Of a DNA stretch of 10,452 nt, positions 8,636 to 10,452 are shown one piece after another. Numbering within the stretch: position 1 is the first letter of the stretch; every line of letters begins with the position of its first letter. The DNA comes from Octopus sinensis. Lineage: Eukaryota. The notes beneath the pieces were generated by a model. That model saw nothing but the letters and a program-made list of their open reading frames with translations. It had not been told where the DNA came from and did no database searches. A program made the position numbers and the translations under genes. Location of the stretch: assembly GCF_006345805.1 (NCBI RefSeq), contig NW_021827398.1, forward strand, positions 1 through 10,452, given 5' to 3'.

Positions 8636-9677
8636 TTAAAGGTCATTATCACTTTAAAACCACCGAGTATTTCCCTTGTGCTACTTGATGTACTGAAGTG
8701 CAAGCTTATTATCAGGTATTTCACCTAATTTTTCCTGTTACTTCACCTCGCCCTCGTTCCTGATGTTCGGGCAGACGGTCCGTAGCCCTTGTCTCTCTCT
8801 CTATGTACAAAATACTTTACCTGATATCACCGAGAACTTCCCAAATAGTACTTCGAAGGTACAGATAAAGCCCCCTCTGCTTAAAAAAATTTAAAAAAAC
8901 CAGATAGATTAGCATTTTGCTTGTCCACTGCTACATAAGTTTTGATCAAGGAAATGCGGTCCTTACAAATATAATTTTTCTGCAGTTCTGTTTTGGATTG
9001 TCCATATTAAAGAATTCGATGATGGCTAAATTGCGTCAAAACTACCGTTTTCATGAATGCCTTTCTCTCTTGACAATGGTTGTGCTTCTCTGCAACAGTC
9101 AATGCTGTTGTTTTTGCTGTCGTCATCATTGTCGTCGTTGCTGAGTAAATTCTCAAAATAGACTACGACGGACATCTTTATTCTTTCGATAAATGTGTGT
9201 ATGTTTGCGTATACCCATGTGTGTCAGTGTGTCCGTGTGTGCATTGTTGCTATCAGTTTTGTTTATGCTGTGCAAATTTGCCTTTTGGGATATTAAATTC
9301 TGACATTCTATGCTTTCCAGTTTACCTGTCTCTTATTATCATTATTATTTTTCTTGTGATTTTTGCCATTTTGAAAATTGTGTTTACGTGTTTTTTCTTT
9401 TTATATATATTTCAATTTGTTTATTTGATGACTTCTACTGCGTTTATTCTGAGGGTGAGTCATCTCTAGTGCCACCACTTCTCTCTTTCATGTTTACGTC
9501 AGTCGATGGTTCTCTCGCTGGCGAAAACATTGTAACTATTGTAAACAAGATATAAAAATATATTGTCAAAAACTGATAAACCTTTCGGCTTTTTCATGTA
9601 TCGGTAGAGACAGTCAGACCTTCAGCAGATACTTGTTTGTAATATATACAATACACACATGCAAGCATGCATGCATA

Positions 9678-9833
9678 CATAATATAATATATATTATATA
9701 TATATGTGTGTATATATATCTGTATATATATATACATATGTTTGGAAATATATACTTATATATAAATACATACATTATGTATATGTATTAATGCATATAC
9801 ATACATACATACATACATACATACATACATACA

Positions 9834-9864
<31 letters not shown>

Positions 9865-9937
9865 CTACATACATACATATATATATATATATTTATATAT
9901 AAACACATATATTTGTGTATGTGTATATATATATATA
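9678..9937. repeat. Compound (TA)n / (TACA)n microsatellite
   Basis: (TACA)n core at about 9797-9875 flanked by imperfect TA repeats. Confidence 0.94.
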
Positions 9938-10224
9938 AATCACGTTGTCAGAAATATGAAATGTTTCTCCGATACATTTGATGATAAAGCAACATTTTAT
10001 AGATCGAACGAAACGGTGGAGTAAAAAGATTTTGAAGGAAGCATTAATCTTATCCTCCAAATCCGAAACGTTTCCACCTGATGAATCTCTGGTCATTAAA
10101 ACTCAGTATCTGTCATGTGATTTGGTTGAAATATCCAAACATGATCATTGGGAAATCCAACAATGCCATTCAAAAGCAATAATTATGGGGACAAAACGGA
10201 TGCATTCTGAGACACAGTAAGTGG

Positions 10225-10261
10225 CGTGGGGGTACGTGGGGGTACGTGGGGGTACGTGGGG
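10225..10261 (+). repeat. 10-bp minisatellite (CGTGGGGGTA) x about 3.7; potential G-quadruplex
   Basis: G tracts at 10228-10232, 10238-10242, 10248-10252 and 10258-10261, separated by TACGT. Confidence 0.9.
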
Positions 10262-10287
10262 AAATCAACAACACCAGCTAAAAGTTG

Positions 10288-10380
10288 TTTTATTTTGCCA
10301 GCGCTAAAAGGTTGAAAGGAAAAGTTGACCCTGGCGGGATTTTAATTCAGGATGAAAAGGAATACCACAAGGCATTTTTT
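10288..10380 (-). mobile_element. Degenerate copy of the 8439-8635 SINE family
   Basis: aaggttgaaaggaaaagttgaccctggcgggattttaattcag aligns with the reverse complement of about 8502-8547 (aagggtgaaaggcaaagtcgacctcggcagaatttgaactcaa). Confidence 0.65.
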
Positions 10381-10452
10381 TCCCACAATTCGGTCTTCGT
10401 TTATAGCATCGAACATTTATGGCAATTAGAAGCATTTGAGTCAGTAGTGTTG

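Noticed and set aside
9570-9632. Hammerhead-like remnant on the minus strand (CUGAAGG ... CCGAAAGGUUUAUCAG)
   Set aside because: Core A9 is changed and stems I-III do not pair convincingly; at most a decayed relic.
10062-10110. cgaaacgtttccacctgatga: adjacent hammerhead core words
   Set aside because: There is no room for stem I between the words and no paired stem II followed by GAAA downstream.
1-10452. CRISPR array or prokaryotic operon
   Set aside because: There are no regularly spaced direct repeats with unique spacers and no gene-dense coding structure; the sequence looks like eukaryotic repeat-rich DNA.

Overview
AT-rich, microsatellite-dense eukaryotic non-coding DNA. The repeat content resembles cephalopod (Octopus-type) genomes, which is an inference from memory of those repeat families. 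No protein-coding gene is recognisable, and most listed ORFs are microsatellite translations. The main signal is a cluster at about 3890-5475 of three fold-back (inverted-repeat) elements embedded in (TA)n tracts, each with one arm extended to a CCCT(T)A-(TA)n terminus. Two of them carry type I hammerhead ribozyme (HHR) motifs with palindromic stem III: a GUC-site HHR at 5110-5191 (+) and a minimal GUA-site HHR at 4054-4095 (-), with an inverted copy at 4156-4197 (+). This fits non-autonomous Penelope-like or retrozyme-type elements. A probable non-autonomous Helitron lies between them. The window also has a complete tRNA-derived SINE with a 13-bp target-site duplication (TSD), several decayed copies of a second SINE family, a G-quadruplex-prone minisatellite and weak minus-strand exon candidates.
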